From the NCBI GenBank assembly GCA_963745205.1, contig CAVUWX010000004.1, positions 125,339-189,338 on the forward strand: a DNA stretch of 64,000 nucleotides. Direction: 5' to 3'. Numbering within the stretch: the first letter of the stretch is position 1; each line of letters opens with the position of its first letter. The position numbers and the translations under genes were made by a program. Shown here piece after piece: positions 27,393-37,087 of this stretch. This DNA comes from an uncultured Alphaproteobacteria bacterium. Lineage in GTDB: Bacteria > Pseudomonadota > Alphaproteobacteria > Rhizobiales > Hyphomicrobiaceae. A model generated the notes under the pieces. The model worked only from the letters and a program-made list of their open reading frames with translations, had not been told where the DNA came from and did no database searches.

Positions 27393-29564
27393 TCAGGTGG
27401 ACTTCAAGAGCTCTGGCTTGATCGGCAGCTTGCGCAGACGCACTCCCGTCGCCGCAAAGACCGCATTGAGCACTGCGGGTGCCAGCGCCGACGTGCCGGG
27501 CTCGCCGATGCCGCCGGGATCCGCGCTGCTCTTGACCACCTCGACGTCGATGACCGGCGCCTCATTAAGGCGCAGTATCCGGTAATTGTCGAAGTTCGAC
27601 TGCTCGACGCGGCCGTTCTTGAGGGTGATCTCGCCCCACAGCGCGGCGGTGATACCGAAGATGATGCCGCTCTGCATCTGCGCCACGATCGTATCGGGAT
27701 TGATGGCGACGCCGGTGTCGACGACGACCACGACGCGATCGACGTGCACTTCGCCGGATTGCGCGACCGTGACCTCGGCGACCTGCGCCATGTAGCTGCC
27801 GAACGTGTTATGAACGCAGACGCCGCGGCCGCGCCTGTCGCCGAGCGGCTTGCCCCAGCCGGCAATGTCGGCCGCGCGGTTCAAGACGTGAAGCGCGCGC
27901 GGGTTGTTGCCGAGCATCGCCCGGCGGTACTCCACGGGGTCCTTTTTCGCGATCGCCGCCAGTTCGTCGACGAAGCTCTCGATCACATAGACGTTGTGGG
28001 TGGGACCGACGCCGCGCCAGAACGCGGTCGGAATGCCCGGAGGCTCCTCGCGCACGTATTCGACGCGCTTGTTGGGAATGGCATACGGCATGTCGATGGC
28101 GCCATCCACGGCATCGGGGTCGATGCCGTTCTTGAACGCGGGCGGGAAGAACCGCGCCATGATCGAGGAGCCGACGATGCGATGGCTCCAGGCGATGGGC
28201 GTGCCCTGCGCGTCGAGGCCCGCTGAGAAGCGGTCGTAATAATACGGCCGGTACATGTCGTGCTGGATGTCCTCCTCGCGGCTCCACACGACCTTCACCG
28301 GGTCCTTCGACTGCTTGGCGATCAGCGCCGCCTGGACGATGAAGTCGAACTCGAGCCGCCGGCCGAAGCCGCCGCCCAGGAGGTGATTATGGATGCGCAC
28401 CTGCTCCGGCTTGAGGCCCAGCGTTAGCGCAACGGCCTTCTGCGCGACGGAGGGGATCTGCGTGCCGACCCAAATGTCGCAGCCCTCGGGCGTCACCTGC
28501 GCCGTGCAGTTGATCGGCTCCATGGTCGCGTGGGCGAGGAAGGGCGCCTCGTAGGTCGCTTCGACCTTGGTCGCGGCGCCTGCCAGCGCCGCCGTTACGT
28601 CGCCCTCGTTCTTGGCGACGACGCCCGGCGTTTCTGCGGCCTTGGCCAGCGCCGCCACCACGTCGGCTGTAGTGAGCGCGGCGTGCGGCCCGTTGTTGAA
28701 CGTGGCCGCACCGGCCTCGAGGCCTTGCTTTGCGGCCCAGTAATGGTCGGCGATCACGGCAACGGCGTTGTCGAGCTTTACCACCTGATGCACCCCGGGA
28801 ACTTTCAGCGCCGCCGCGTCGTCGAACGAGGCGAGCGTGCCGCCGAACACTGGGGAGGCCGCAACGGTCGCAATCTTCATGCCCGGTAATTTCACGTCGA
28901 TGCCGTAGACCGCCGTGCCGTCGACCTTGCCGGCGACGTCGAGGCGCTTGGCCGGGGTGCCGATGATGCGGAACGTGCTCGGGTCCTTGAGCTTGACCTT
29001 GGTTGGGACCGGCAGCTTCGCCGCGTCATCGGCCAGCTCGCCGTACGCGATGCGCTTGCCGCCCGCCGCGTCGACGACATAGCCAGCTTCCGTCGTCAAC
29101 GCGCCCGCGTCGACGCCCAATTTGTTCGCCGCTGCCGCGACCAGCATCGCCCGCGCGGCCGCGCCGACCTTGCGCAGCGGCACGTAGAAGCCGCGGATCG
29201 ACGACGAATTGCCCGTGGTCTGCACGCCGCCGAGAAAGGCGTTGCCGTAGAGCTTGTCGTTCGGCGGCGAATGCTCCACGCTGACGTTGCTCATATCGAC
29301 GTCGAGCTCTTCGGCCACCAGCATGGGCAGCGCCGTGTAGACACCCTGCCCCATCTCGGCCATGGGAGAGACGATGGTCACCTTGCCCTGCCGATCGATG
29401 TGTACGTAGGCGTCGGGGGGAAGGGGCTGCGCTTCGGCCGGCGCATCCGCCGAACATCCCGCCGGCACCCAGCCGATCATCAGCCCGCCGCCGATGGCCG
29501 CGCCGGCTTTGAGGACGAACCGCCGGGAAACGTTGCGCTCGTGATATCCGCTGATGCTCGGCAT
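27393..29564 (-). CDS. Molybdopterin-binding oxidoreductase large subunit (IorB / xanthine dehydrogenase family)
   Basis: SRRFVLKAGAA Tat-like start, EMGQGVYT, AHATMEP, LLGGGFGRR, WSREEDIQHD, GGIGEPG. Confidence 0.92.
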   Translation of the reverse strand: MPSISGYHERNVSRRFVLKAGAAIGGGLMIGWVPAGCSADAPAEAQPLPPDAYVHIDRQGKVTIVSPMAEMGQGVYTALPMLVAEELDVDMSNVSVEHSPPNDKLYGNAFLGGVQTTGNSSSIRGFYVPLRKVGAAARAMLVAAAANKLGVDAGALTTEAGYVVDAAGGKRIAYGELADDAAKLPVPTKVKLKDPSTFRIIGTPAKRLDVAGKVDGTAVYGIDVKLPGMKIATVAASPVFGGTLASFDDAAALKVPGVHQVVKLDNAVAVIADHYWAAKQGLEAGAATFNNGPHAALTTADVVAALAKAAETPGVVAKNEGDVTAALAGAATKVEATYEAPFLAHATMEPINCTAQVTPEGCDIWVGTQIPSVAQKAVALTLGLKPEQVRIHNHLLGGGFGRRLEFDFIVQAALIAKQSKDPVKVVWSREEDIQHDMYRPYYYDRFSAGLDAQGTPIAWSHRIVGSSIMARFFPPAFKNGIDPDAVDGAIDMPYAIPNKRVEYVREEPPGIPTAFWRGVGPTHNVYVIESFVDELAAIAKKDPVEYRRAMLGNNPRALHVLNRAADIAGWGKPLGDRRGRGVCVHNTFGSYMAQVAEVTVAQSGEVHVDRVVVVVDTGVAINPDTIVAQMQSGIIFGITAALWGEITLKNGRVEQSNFDNYRILRLNEAPVIDVEVVKSSADPGGIGEPGTSALAPAVLNAVFAATGVRLRKLPIKPELLKST

Positions 29565-29572
29565 GGTTGGCC

Positions 29573-30037
29573 TCACTGTCCGCCGATGGACTTGGCAGCA
29601 TGCTTGATCGCTTCGCGGATGCGCACGTAGGTTCCGCAGCGGCAAATGTTCCCCGTCATCGCCTGATCGATATCGGTGTCGCTGGGGTTGGGATTGCCGG
29701 CGAGCAGCGCGGTGGCCGTCATGATCTGCCCGGACTGGCAGTAGCCGCACTGCACGACCTCGAGTTCGAGCCACGCAGCCTGGATGGCCTTGCCTTCCGG
29801 CGACTGTCCCACCGCCTCGATCGTCGTCACCGAGCTACCGTCGAGGGTCTTTATGGGGGCGACGCACGAGCGTCTGGGCTCGCCATCGACGTGCACCGTG
29901 CAGGCACCGCACTGGGCGATGCCACACCCGAACTTGGTGCCCGTCATGCTGAGGATGTCGCGGAGTACCCATAGCAACGGCATATCGTCGGGCGCCGCAA
30001 CGGAGACCTTGCTCCCATTCACGGTGAGGTTGATCAT
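29573..30037 (-). CDS. (2Fe-2S)-binding small subunit (IorA family)
   Basis: [37 protein letters not shown]. Confidence 0.95.
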   Translation of the reverse strand: MINLTVNGSKVSVAAPDDMPLLWVLRDILSMTGTKFGCGIAQCGACTVHVDGEPRRSCVAPIKTLDGSSVTTIEAVGQSPEGKAIQAAWLELEVVQCGYCQSGQIMTATALLAGNPNPSDTDIDQAMTGNICRCGTYVRIREAIKHAAKSIGGQ

Positions 30038-30432
30038 CGCTGCCTCATCTCTCAACTCGCAGATTCGAATGTGGGGTTTCTCAGCCTCGTCCGCCAAGAG
30101 CCCGCCTACGCGATTCTTCGCGCTCGCCGCTGATAGCCGAAGAATTGCCCAAGTCACCGGCCGTGGCCACACAAGGAGATTGCGAATACGATATAAATTG
30201 CGCGCAGCTTTGCAAGCTGCGCCGCGGCCCACGCCGCCCACGCCGACGCGCATGACTGCGGGCCGAGCGGGGGTAGGGGTTATCCCCCGCCGCTCCTCGT
30301 TAAGCGGACAAGTATCGACGACTGGGTGCGGGTCGCGGCTGACCCAAACCCGGCCCATCGTTGGATCAAAAAACGCAAAACGTCGCAGGCGGGCTGGTGG
30401 GGCTACTGCTCTTGTTGCGCTATCTGATGAGT

Positions 30433-30729
30433 TCAGGCGGGCAGGTGCAGAACGGGGCGTGCGCGTGCGCGCGTTCTCGATTGCTTGGCGGCGTGAAGCG
30501 CGTCTCTCTCAAGACGTTCAAGCTCAAGACGTTCGGGCTCACGCACGCCGGCGACGGCCTGCTCGATGATCGATTTCGCGCTCACTAAGCGTGTCGTCTG
30601 CTGGTCGTTGCCCGCTGCAGCTATGTTTCTGCTTGCCTGCTGCTCGTGCCAGATGGCTGAAAATGCGCGGTCGAGCACATCCAGCATTTCGGGACTGAAG
30701 CCCTCAGGAGTTTGGGGGAATGGAGACAT
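30433..30729 (-). CDS. Small hypothetical protein
   Basis: GAGGAG RBS; [17 protein letters not shown]...[15 protein letters not shown] resembles small rhizobial hypotheticals. Confidence 0.6.
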   Translation of the reverse strand: MSPFPQTPEGFSPEMLDVLDRAFSAIWHEQQASRNIAAAGNDQQTTRLVSAKSIIEQAVAGVREPERLELERLERDALHAAKQSRTRARARPVLHLPA

Positions 30730-31065
30730 CGCTCTCTCCTCGGTACAGGCGGGAGCACGCGTTTTGTCTCTCAGCCACTAGCGCCTGGGAATCATCGGGC
30801 CGGTGATGAATAAACCGTGCGCTTAAATCGAACCATTGTCGAGTAAGACGCCGACCGAGAGGTCGCGCACGACCTGCACGACGTGGTTCTGCTCGCCCCG
30901 ACACTTGCGACGAAGGGGCATCAAGCAAGTCATGCCCCGCGCACAGCTTCGAAGGACTTGCACAATGAGCCGAGGGGCACTACATTAAGGCAATCGAGTT
31001 TCGGCCAGATGCTTGGCCTGGGGCGTATAGCTTCCGATTGATGACCTCTCCCAAAATTCGATTAA

Positions 31066-31576
31066 TTGGAGCCGCGCATTCTGGCGCGACTCTGGAAGCA
31101 CTCGTTAAGTGCGCATTGCTTTGACCACGGATGTACTGGCAGAGCGATCGCTGAAGACCCCGCGCTAGCTGTGCTTGATCGCGGGGTCTTTGTTGCTGAG
31201 ACCCGAGTTCCCTTCTTCGCCTCGGCCGGTCAAGGCCCCCGCGGCGGCGCTGGCAAGCGTCATCTCGACATTCGCCCCCCCGATCACAGGGCCGGCAAAA
31301 ACGCGGAGATCTATGAGCCCCATGAACCCAATCAAGAACCCGCCACTACCGACGACGCAGGACGACCCGATCATTCCGATCGCTCAGCGCAAGACGATGA
31401 CAACCCTGCTCCCTGACGATTGCCGCTGGCCTATTGGCGACCCGCAGGCCGCTGGCTTCCATTTCTGCGGCAAGCGCAAGCAGGACGGCCATCCGTACTG
31501 CGAACTCCACGTACGCCGCGCCAGCACGCCCAGCCGGGCGCGCGTCTTCACTTACCGGCCGCGCGACGCCGCCTGA
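31066..31576 (+). pseudogene. gcrA: Degenerate gcrA paralogue (intact C-terminal domain, broken N-terminus)
   Basis: Frame 31175-31576: PIAQRKTMTTLLPDDCRWPIGDP...FHFCG...GHPYCELH (GcrA C-terminal). A different frame from 31066 gives RILARLWKHSLSA, like the GcrA N-terminal KLWSEGLSA. Confidence 0.65.
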
Positions 31577-31673
31577 CCGCTGTTTGCGGCCGCTGAAGAT
31601 CGCGAGGCGCAGACAACTGTGCTATAGGGGTCTATGGGAAGCAGCGTGGTCGCACGAGGAATGGAAGATAGCG

Positions 31674-31934
31674 ATGCTAGATTTCCCTAATGCCAGTCGC
31701 AGCTATGATGCGACGAGGCACTGCATTCGCTTCTGGGGGAGCGATGGTGCCATGGAGGTCTCGTTCTTCCTTGATGAGAGTGCCTTGATTGACCTCGCGG
31801 GAGCGCCCTCCAGCGAAGCGTCCTTGCTCGAGAGCTTTGATCAAAACCGCGAGCGTATTCTGAGGACCGCTCGCAAAGTGTACGAGCGTCGGCGCAAGGG
31901 ATCCTACGATCTGTTCGCATCGGATTTCCGCTGA
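31674..31934 (+). CDS. DUF1488-family protein
   Basis: MLDFPNASRSYDATRHCIRFWGSDGAMEVSFF...FDQNRERILRTARKVY. Confidence 0.85.
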   Translation: MLDFPNASRSYDATRHCIRFWGSDGAMEVSFFLDESALIDLAGAPSSEASLLESFDQNRERILRTARKVYERRRKGSYDLFASDFR

Positions 31935-32042
31935 TCGGTCCGCACGCGTGCCGTCGGAGCCGTGCCCAGGCTGACGGCTTCGTCGCCGATCTGGCCGGCG
32001 CCGAGTACGCGGCCTTAAAGAGCAGACCCGCGCTGCGCTAGC

Positions 32043-32606
32043 CTAGAAGCCGTAGATGGCGACGCCGATCGCGAAGGCGATCGTCGCGGCCACGCCGAGG
32101 AACGTCGGCAACACCACGAGCGCGATCGCCGGCGCCAGACGTCCGCGCAGCGCCAGCACGATTCCCGCCAACGCCAGCAGCGGCACCAGGAAGATCAAGT
32201 AGGTCGTGGCCACGGCCGCCATGCCGGCCATCTCCAGCCCGTTGATGGCGACCGAGGGCAGGAAGCTCACCCACATCAGCAGCACGTCCGCCGCCATGGC
32301 CAGGATCGCGTAGAGCATGCGCCCGCGGATCGTGAAGAAGAGTGCGGCGAACGCAATGAGCGGTGTCAGCGCAATCTTGGCGACGATGATGGCGCCTCCG
32401 ATGCCGGGCCCGGGCACCTCCGACAGGTTGCCGAACAGGATCGGGAGATCGGAAAGCCCGGTCAGGAACTCGATCGCCGCGGCGACGAGCAAGATGAGTC
32501 GCGGCCAGCGCAGGGCTGCCTTCGGCGGTGCTTCGGCGGCAGTATCGGCACGTGTCACGCGATCCCTCACTTCTGGCGCGCAGATTGCCGGTCGCTCCTC
32601 GCGCAA
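32043..32606 (-). CDS. Hypothetical integral membrane protein
   Basis: About 5 hydrophobic segments, coherent codon usage. Confidence 0.7.
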   Translation of the reverse strand: MREERPAICAPEVRDRVTRADTAAEAPPKAALRWPRLILLVAAAIEFLTGLSDLPILFGNLSEVPGPGIGGAIIVAKIALTPLIAFAALFFTIRGRMLYAILAMAADVLLMWVSFLPSVAINGLEMAGMAAVATTYLIFLVPLLALAGIVLALRGRLAPAIALVVLPTFLGVAATIAFAIGVAIYGF

Positions 32607-32766
32607 GCAATGCGGAAAGTGTTCCCCGCACTATTGCTCAAGTATGCCCTTGTCGATGCAAGTGACCGGCGCGACTGCATTTTTTCGCATCCCGCCGCAT
32701 TTCGCCCCGAAACCGATGGCGTCATGACCGAAGTGATTCGTGCAACCTTTGAACTGGGGGAGAAGG

Positions 32767-33156
32767 ATGACGAAGCTCTTGCAGCACATCGAGGAAATGC
32801 GCGTCCGTCTCAGCGAGATCGCCGGCGACGAGCAGGCGCTCGTGCAGGCGCTGGGCGACGCCTTGAGCCGGCTCGACCAGCAGCTCCTGCGCGACGTGCG
32901 CTCCATCGCCAGCGAGCACGAGGTACGCCGCGAGGAGATTCTCGGCGAGCTGCAGGGGCTCGCCGGTGGCATTGGCATGTTCCGGCCGCCGCTCGGCGCT
33001 CCGCCGGCGCCCGACGAGCTTGCTCCTCTTCGCCGCGCCAGCGGGTTCCAGCAGCGCATAGCACCGGGCGACTGGCGCCAAGCCACGAGCAATATCGAGA
33101 ACGACGTCGATTTTCACCGCAACGGACACGTGAACGGTCGGGCGCCCTCGCACTGA
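32767..33156 (+). CDS. Hypothetical coiled-coil protein
   Basis: GGAGAAGG RBS; MTKLLQHIEEMRVRLSEIAGDEQALVQALGDALSRLDQQLL. Confidence 0.7.
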   Translation: MTKLLQHIEEMRVRLSEIAGDEQALVQALGDALSRLDQQLLRDVRSIASEHEVRREEILGELQGLAGGIGMFRPPLGAPPAPDELAPLRRASGFQQRIAPGDWRQATSNIENDVDFHRNGHVNGRAPSH

Positions 33157-33181
33157 CGGCTCAAGCGTCGGGTTCGTGCGC

Positions 33182-34015
33182 TCAGTGTGTCGCCAGCAGC
33201 TGGCGGATCTCGTTTTCCGCCGCGGCGATGCGCATCTGCAGGAGGCTCGAGCCGAGCGCGGGGCTCGCCGTCGTCGGGTCGCCCGAGACGCCCGTGTCCT
33301 CGAACGCCGCGCGGTAGCGGCTCAAGTCCACGCCCTTGGGGTCGACCGACATCAGCTCGGAGGTGTCGATGACGCTCGCGTGCTGTCCCACCTCTGCGCG
33401 CGAGCGGCCTTGCGCGATGAGGCGATCGACCTGCGCCTTGTCGTCGTAGTAGGCGTCGACCTGGACCACGCGCACGCCGTCCTTGGCCCACTCGGCCGAG
33501 AGGCGTTTTGCCACCTCGGCCTGCACGGGCTGGCTCTGGCCGTGGTCGCCGATGAAGCAGATGAGCTTGAAGCCGCCGGCCTTGAGGCTGCGCGCGATGC
33601 CCTCGAGCACGCCGGCGAACACGGGCTCCGGCACGCCCATCGTGCCGGGGAAGCGCATGTGGCCGGTCGGGGGAGCGTATTCGCCTTCCGGCACGTAAGA
33701 GACGACGGGCGCGACTAGCGTGTGCCCGACGTCCTTGGCGATGCGACGCGCGGCCTCGGCGACGATGTAGTCGTGCTTGCCGAGGATCATGTGCGGGCCG
33801 TTCTGCTCGATGCCGCCCGTCGGGACGATGACGGTGGTGTAGCCGGCGTCGAGGGCTGAGCGCACCTCGACCCAGGTCATGTCCTTCATCTCGATGTCTG
33901 CGGGCAAGTTCGCCGACAGCCGGCCGGGCAGCAGCGCGCAGGCGAGCAACACCGCCGCGGCGCCGATGAGGAACTTCTTGCGCGGCATCTGCGCGTGCAA
34001 GGAAGACGTCTGCAT
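33182..34015 (-). CDS. Creatininase-family protein with N-terminal signal-like segment
   Basis: DMTWVEVR...VIVPTGGIEQNGPHM...GDHG...HASVIDTSELM...GVSGDPTTAS. Confidence 0.85.
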   Translation of the reverse strand: MQTSSLHAQMPRKKFLIGAAAVLLACALLPGRLSANLPADIEMKDMTWVEVRSALDAGYTTVIVPTGGIEQNGPHMILGKHDYIVAEAARRIAKDVGHTLVAPVVSYVPEGEYAPPTGHMRFPGTMGVPEPVFAGVLEGIARSLKAGGFKLICFIGDHGQSQPVQAEVAKRLSAEWAKDGVRVVQVDAYYDDKAQVDRLIAQGRSRAEVGQHASVIDTSELMSVDPKGVDLSRYRAAFEDTGVSGDPTTASPALGSSLLQMRIAAAENEIRQLLATH

Positions 34016-34039
34016 GGCTTACGCCTCAAGGGCCCGTTG

Positions 34040-34918
34040 CTACTTTGCCTGCTCGGCCGCGACGCCGGCCGGCTCCTTCGGCTTGAACGGATGAATGAGC
34101 TGGGCAAGGTAGCCCTCGGTCGGGAAGGTCGGGTCGTCGACGCCGAAGGTCTCGGGGTAGCGCCCCTCCGGCATATAGAAAGTGCCAAACAGCCAATCCC
34201 ACAGCGCGAACGTGGGCGCGAAATTCGACTCGCCCCCTTCCTGCGGCGAGGTGTGGTGCCAGCGATGGAACACCGGCGTCGCGATCACATACTTTAGCGG
34301 CCCCAGCGTCCAGTTGAGGTTGGAATGCACCCAGGCGCCGGTGAGCACGTCGAAGGGGATTAGAAACGCCAGCACCTCGGGCGAGATCCCGAGCGTCAGC
34401 ATGAGCACGGCGACGGGCGCCGGCTGCAGCATCATGTTGACCGGGTGGAAGCGGTATTCCGTGGTCCAGTCGACCTCGGTCGCCGAGTGGTGGATCGCAT
34501 GGAAGCGCCACAGCGAGCGCCCGTGGAACAAGCGGTGCGCCCAGTAGAACAGGAAATCGGCGACGACGACGTAGACGACGACCTGCCCCCAGAAGGGCAG
34601 CACCTTCAAGGGCCCCGCTCCGTGCTGGAAGAAGTCGACGACCTCCGCCTCCGTCATCACGGTGGAGGCGAGCAGCGCATAGACGAAGATGATGGCGGGG
34701 CGATTGAAGTAGGGTCCGACGACGCCATGCACGAGCGAGTAGGTGATGTCGGTGCCGAGCCCGGGGTTGTGCCACCAGACCTTGCCGGGGCTCGCATGCT
34801 GGCTCTTCCACAGCGCCAGCCCTGTGAACAGCAGGGCGAGCCCGATCATCATCGGGATCTGGTGGATGTAGATGTCGAGGACCTGATCGAAGACCAGCCC
34901 GACGCTTTCGAACGACAT
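34040..34918 (-). CDS. Sterol desaturase / fatty acid hydroxylase-family membrane enzyme
   Basis: His boxes YWAHRLFH, FHAIHHS and FHRWHH; YRFHP; WDWLFGTF. Confidence 0.92.
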   Translation of the reverse strand: MSFESVGLVFDQVLDIYIHQIPMMIGLALLFTGLALWKSQHASPGKVWWHNPGLGTDITYSLVHGVVGPYFNRPAIIFVYALLASTVMTEAEVVDFFQHGAGPLKVLPFWGQVVVYVVVADFLFYWAHRLFHGRSLWRFHAIHHSATEVDWTTEYRFHPVNMMLQPAPVAVLMLTLGISPEVLAFLIPFDVLTGAWVHSNLNWTLGPLKYVIATPVFHRWHHTSPQEGGESNFAPTFALWDWLFGTFYMPEGRYPETFGVDDPTFPTEGYLAQLIHPFKPKEPAGVAAEQAK

Positions 34919-35067
34919 GCGTGAGAACTCGCAACGCGGAAACCGGCGACTACTCGATTAAAGCTTTAGTCATCCGCGGTTAACAAAGAGTGGCGGTGAC
35001 GCTCCACGGCCCGAGGCCGTCCGTCGATCGTCAGGTGGTGCCGGGGGTCAAGCTAGCGGAGGTGCGG

Positions 35068-35280
35068 TCAGCGCACCGGGTGCAGTTTTGCCGGCTCGCG
35101 CAGAGTAACCGGCTTGCCGTTGACGACGATGACGCTGGCATTCGCGAGTGCCACCTCGAGCCCCCAGGCCGCCGCCTCGAGCGCCTCGCGCGTCTTGGCG
35201 TGCGGCAAGGCGAGCGTCAGCAGTGCAGTGCCCTTGAGGACGTGCACGAGCCGGGCCTGCTCATCGATCGTGATACGCAT
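35068..35280 (-). CDS. Small hypothetical protein
   Basis: 70-aa ORF with upstream GAGG; no recognisable motif. Confidence 0.4.
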   Translation of the reverse strand: MRITIDEQARLVHVLKGTALLTLALPHAKTREALEAAAWGLEVALANASVIVVNGKPVTLREPAKLHPVR

Positions 35281-35388
35281 GACGCTCGCCTCACCTTGCC
35301 GGCGGAAGGATGCCGGGAGCGTGGGCATAGGGCGTCGGCGAGGGCGGCGCTGTTCCGCGTGGAACAGGTAGCGATTCCGGCCGCCTCG

Positions 35389-36192
35389 TCAGTTCGCCAT
35401 CGCACCGCTGCGCCAGCGCGCCGCAAACTCCTTGAGCTCGTTCTCCGCCAGGTCCGAGACGGCCGCGTATTTGAAATCGTGCCCTGGCCAGCTGAGAAGC
35501 GAATAGCCGTCGCGGGTTGCGCGCGCGAGCGGTTCTCCGCCATCTTTGCTCCCGGGCTGCGGGATCGCGATCAAGCTGATCACGTGCTGCCGCCGCCGGT
35601 ACACGACCGTCGGCACCGCCCTTCCGTCGACGACATCGACGCGCCCTCCGACGAGGGGAAACCCTGCGTCCGCCAGGTCGACGACCTGCGGCGACACCGC
35701 GAGCTTGCCGTCGAACCAGGGTTTCACCGTGTGGCGGTCGCTCGAGGCCACATCGAAGGGTGCCGTTGCCAGCAAAGCGCGCTGGTGACCGGCGACCATC
35801 TCGGCGATTTCATTCGTGGAGGCCGTCTGCTGCAGGCCGACGTAGGTGCCGGCGCTCGCGAGAACAGCGGCAAGCGCTGCCGCGGCTGCCAGCTGCCGCC
35901 AGTCGAAGTGGCGCGGCCGCGCGCGTGGCGCCGGCGTGGCGCCGAGCGTGGGCGTGTCGGCAATGGCCGCGACTCGCCGGCGCAATGCGTCGGAGGCGCG
36001 CTCCTTGCCCACGTGCGAGGACAAGGCGTTGCGCAGCTCGACGAGACGGGCAAGCTCGGCTTTCAGCGTCGCATCCGCGGCGATGCGCCGCTCGACGTCC
36101 AGCACGGAAGCCGCATCGAGCTCGTTGTCGAGATAGGCGTTGAGCAGAAGTAGGGATTCCTCGCGCGAGGTCCATGACGGAGGCTTGTTCAT
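35389..36192 (-). CDS. Transmembrane anti-sigma factor
   Basis: LLNAYLDNELD N-terminal domain, single TM, periplasmic SSDRHTVKPWFDGKL...GFPLVGGRVD; overlaps the ECF stop (ATGA). Confidence 0.9.
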   Translation of the reverse strand: MNKPPSWTSREESLLLLNAYLDNELDAASVLDVERRIAADATLKAELARLVELRNALSSHVGKERASDALRRRVAAIADTPTLGATPAPRARPRHFDWRQLAAAAALAAVLASAGTYVGLQQTASTNEIAEMVAGHQRALLATAPFDVASSDRHTVKPWFDGKLAVSPQVVDLADAGFPLVGGRVDVVDGRAVPTVVYRRRQHVISLIAIPQPGSKDGGEPLARATRDGYSLLSWPGHDFKYAAVSDLAENELKEFAARWRSGAMAN

Positions 36193-36734
36193 GCGGCCCC
36201 TGCCTTTCCCTTGGCCGCCATGCCGATGCGCTGAACGAGGAGGTTTCGCGCGCGGGCGAGCCGTGACATGACGGTCCCGATGGGGATCGACATCACACTG
36301 GAGATTTCTTGATAGCTGAGCCCCTCGATCTCCCGCAGCACCAGGGCTTCGCGATAAGCGAGCGGCAGCGCGGCAATCGCCCGGTGGAGCTGCTCGACGT
36401 CGGCCTTGGCGATGAGCACGGCTTCGGGCGTCGCCTCGCGAGAACAATCGATCATTTCCAAGCCGGCCTTTTCGAACAATGCTTCATCGTCCGACACCAC
36501 GAGGGACTTCGGACGGTTCTTGGCGAGCCAGGTGAAAGCGGTGTTGCGCACGATTGCCAAAAGCCAGGCCCGGGGATTGCTCTTCGCGGTGGCGATGGCG
36601 CGGTAGGCACGGATGCAGGCTTCCTGTACGACGTCCTCGGCGTCGGTCACGCTGCCCGTGAGCCACCGCGCAAGCGACAGCGCATCGTCTAGGTGCGGCA
36701 GGACCACTTCACCGAACCGCTGGCGTTCGTCCAT
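36189..36734 (-). CDS. ECF RNA polymerase sigma-70 factor
   Basis: PHLDDALSLARWLTG...AEDVVQEACIRA...RAWLLAIVRNT; region 4 REIEGLSYQEI...GTVMSRLARAR. Confidence 0.95.
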   Translation of the reverse strand: MDERQRFGEVVLPHLDDALSLARWLTGSVTDAEDVVQEACIRAYRAIATAKSNPRAWLLAIVRNTAFTWLAKNRPKSLVVSDDEALFEKAGLEMIDCSREATPEAVLIAKADVEQLHRAIAALPLAYREALVLREIEGLSYQEISSVMSIPIGTVMSRLARARNLLVQRIGMAAKGKAGAA

Positions 36735-36772
36735 TCCACCTCGCGTCCACGCAATGCCGGCGCTGCGGCCGG

Positions 36773-37087
36773 TTACGGCTTGACGATGATCTTGCCCTTC
36801 ATGTGCGGGTGCAATCCGCAAAAATACCCGATCTCGCCCGCATCTGCGAACGTCATCGAGAACGTCTCGCCCGTATCGAGAGGCTTGGAGCGAAACTTGC
36901 TGTTATCCTCCACGACCAAGTGCGGAATGTCGTCGGCGTTCTTCCAGGTTACGGTTGTGCCCGGCTTCACCGTGACCTCGGGCGGATTAAAGGTAAAATT
37001 TGCGATCTCGATCACTGTTTCCTCAGCGCGGGCGCCGCTGCCGAGCACGAGAAGAGCCCCTAGCGCGGCAAGCCTGAGCGCGCTCAT
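36773..37087 (-). CDS. Periplasmic cupredoxin (amicyanin/plastocyanin-like)
   Basis: Signal peptide; PH...YFCGLHPHMKG type-1 copper ligands (H, C, H, M). Confidence 0.93.
   Translation of the reverse strand: MSALRLAALGALLVLGSGARAEETVIEIANFTFNPPEVTVKPGTTVTWKNADDIPHLVVEDNSKFRSKPLDTGETFSMTFADAGEIGYFCGLHPHMKGKIIVKP

Noticed and set aside
34955-34985. TTAA and TTAAC upstream of the sterol desaturase as a CtrA box
   Set aside because: Spacing does not fit N7 with either partner; half-sites only.
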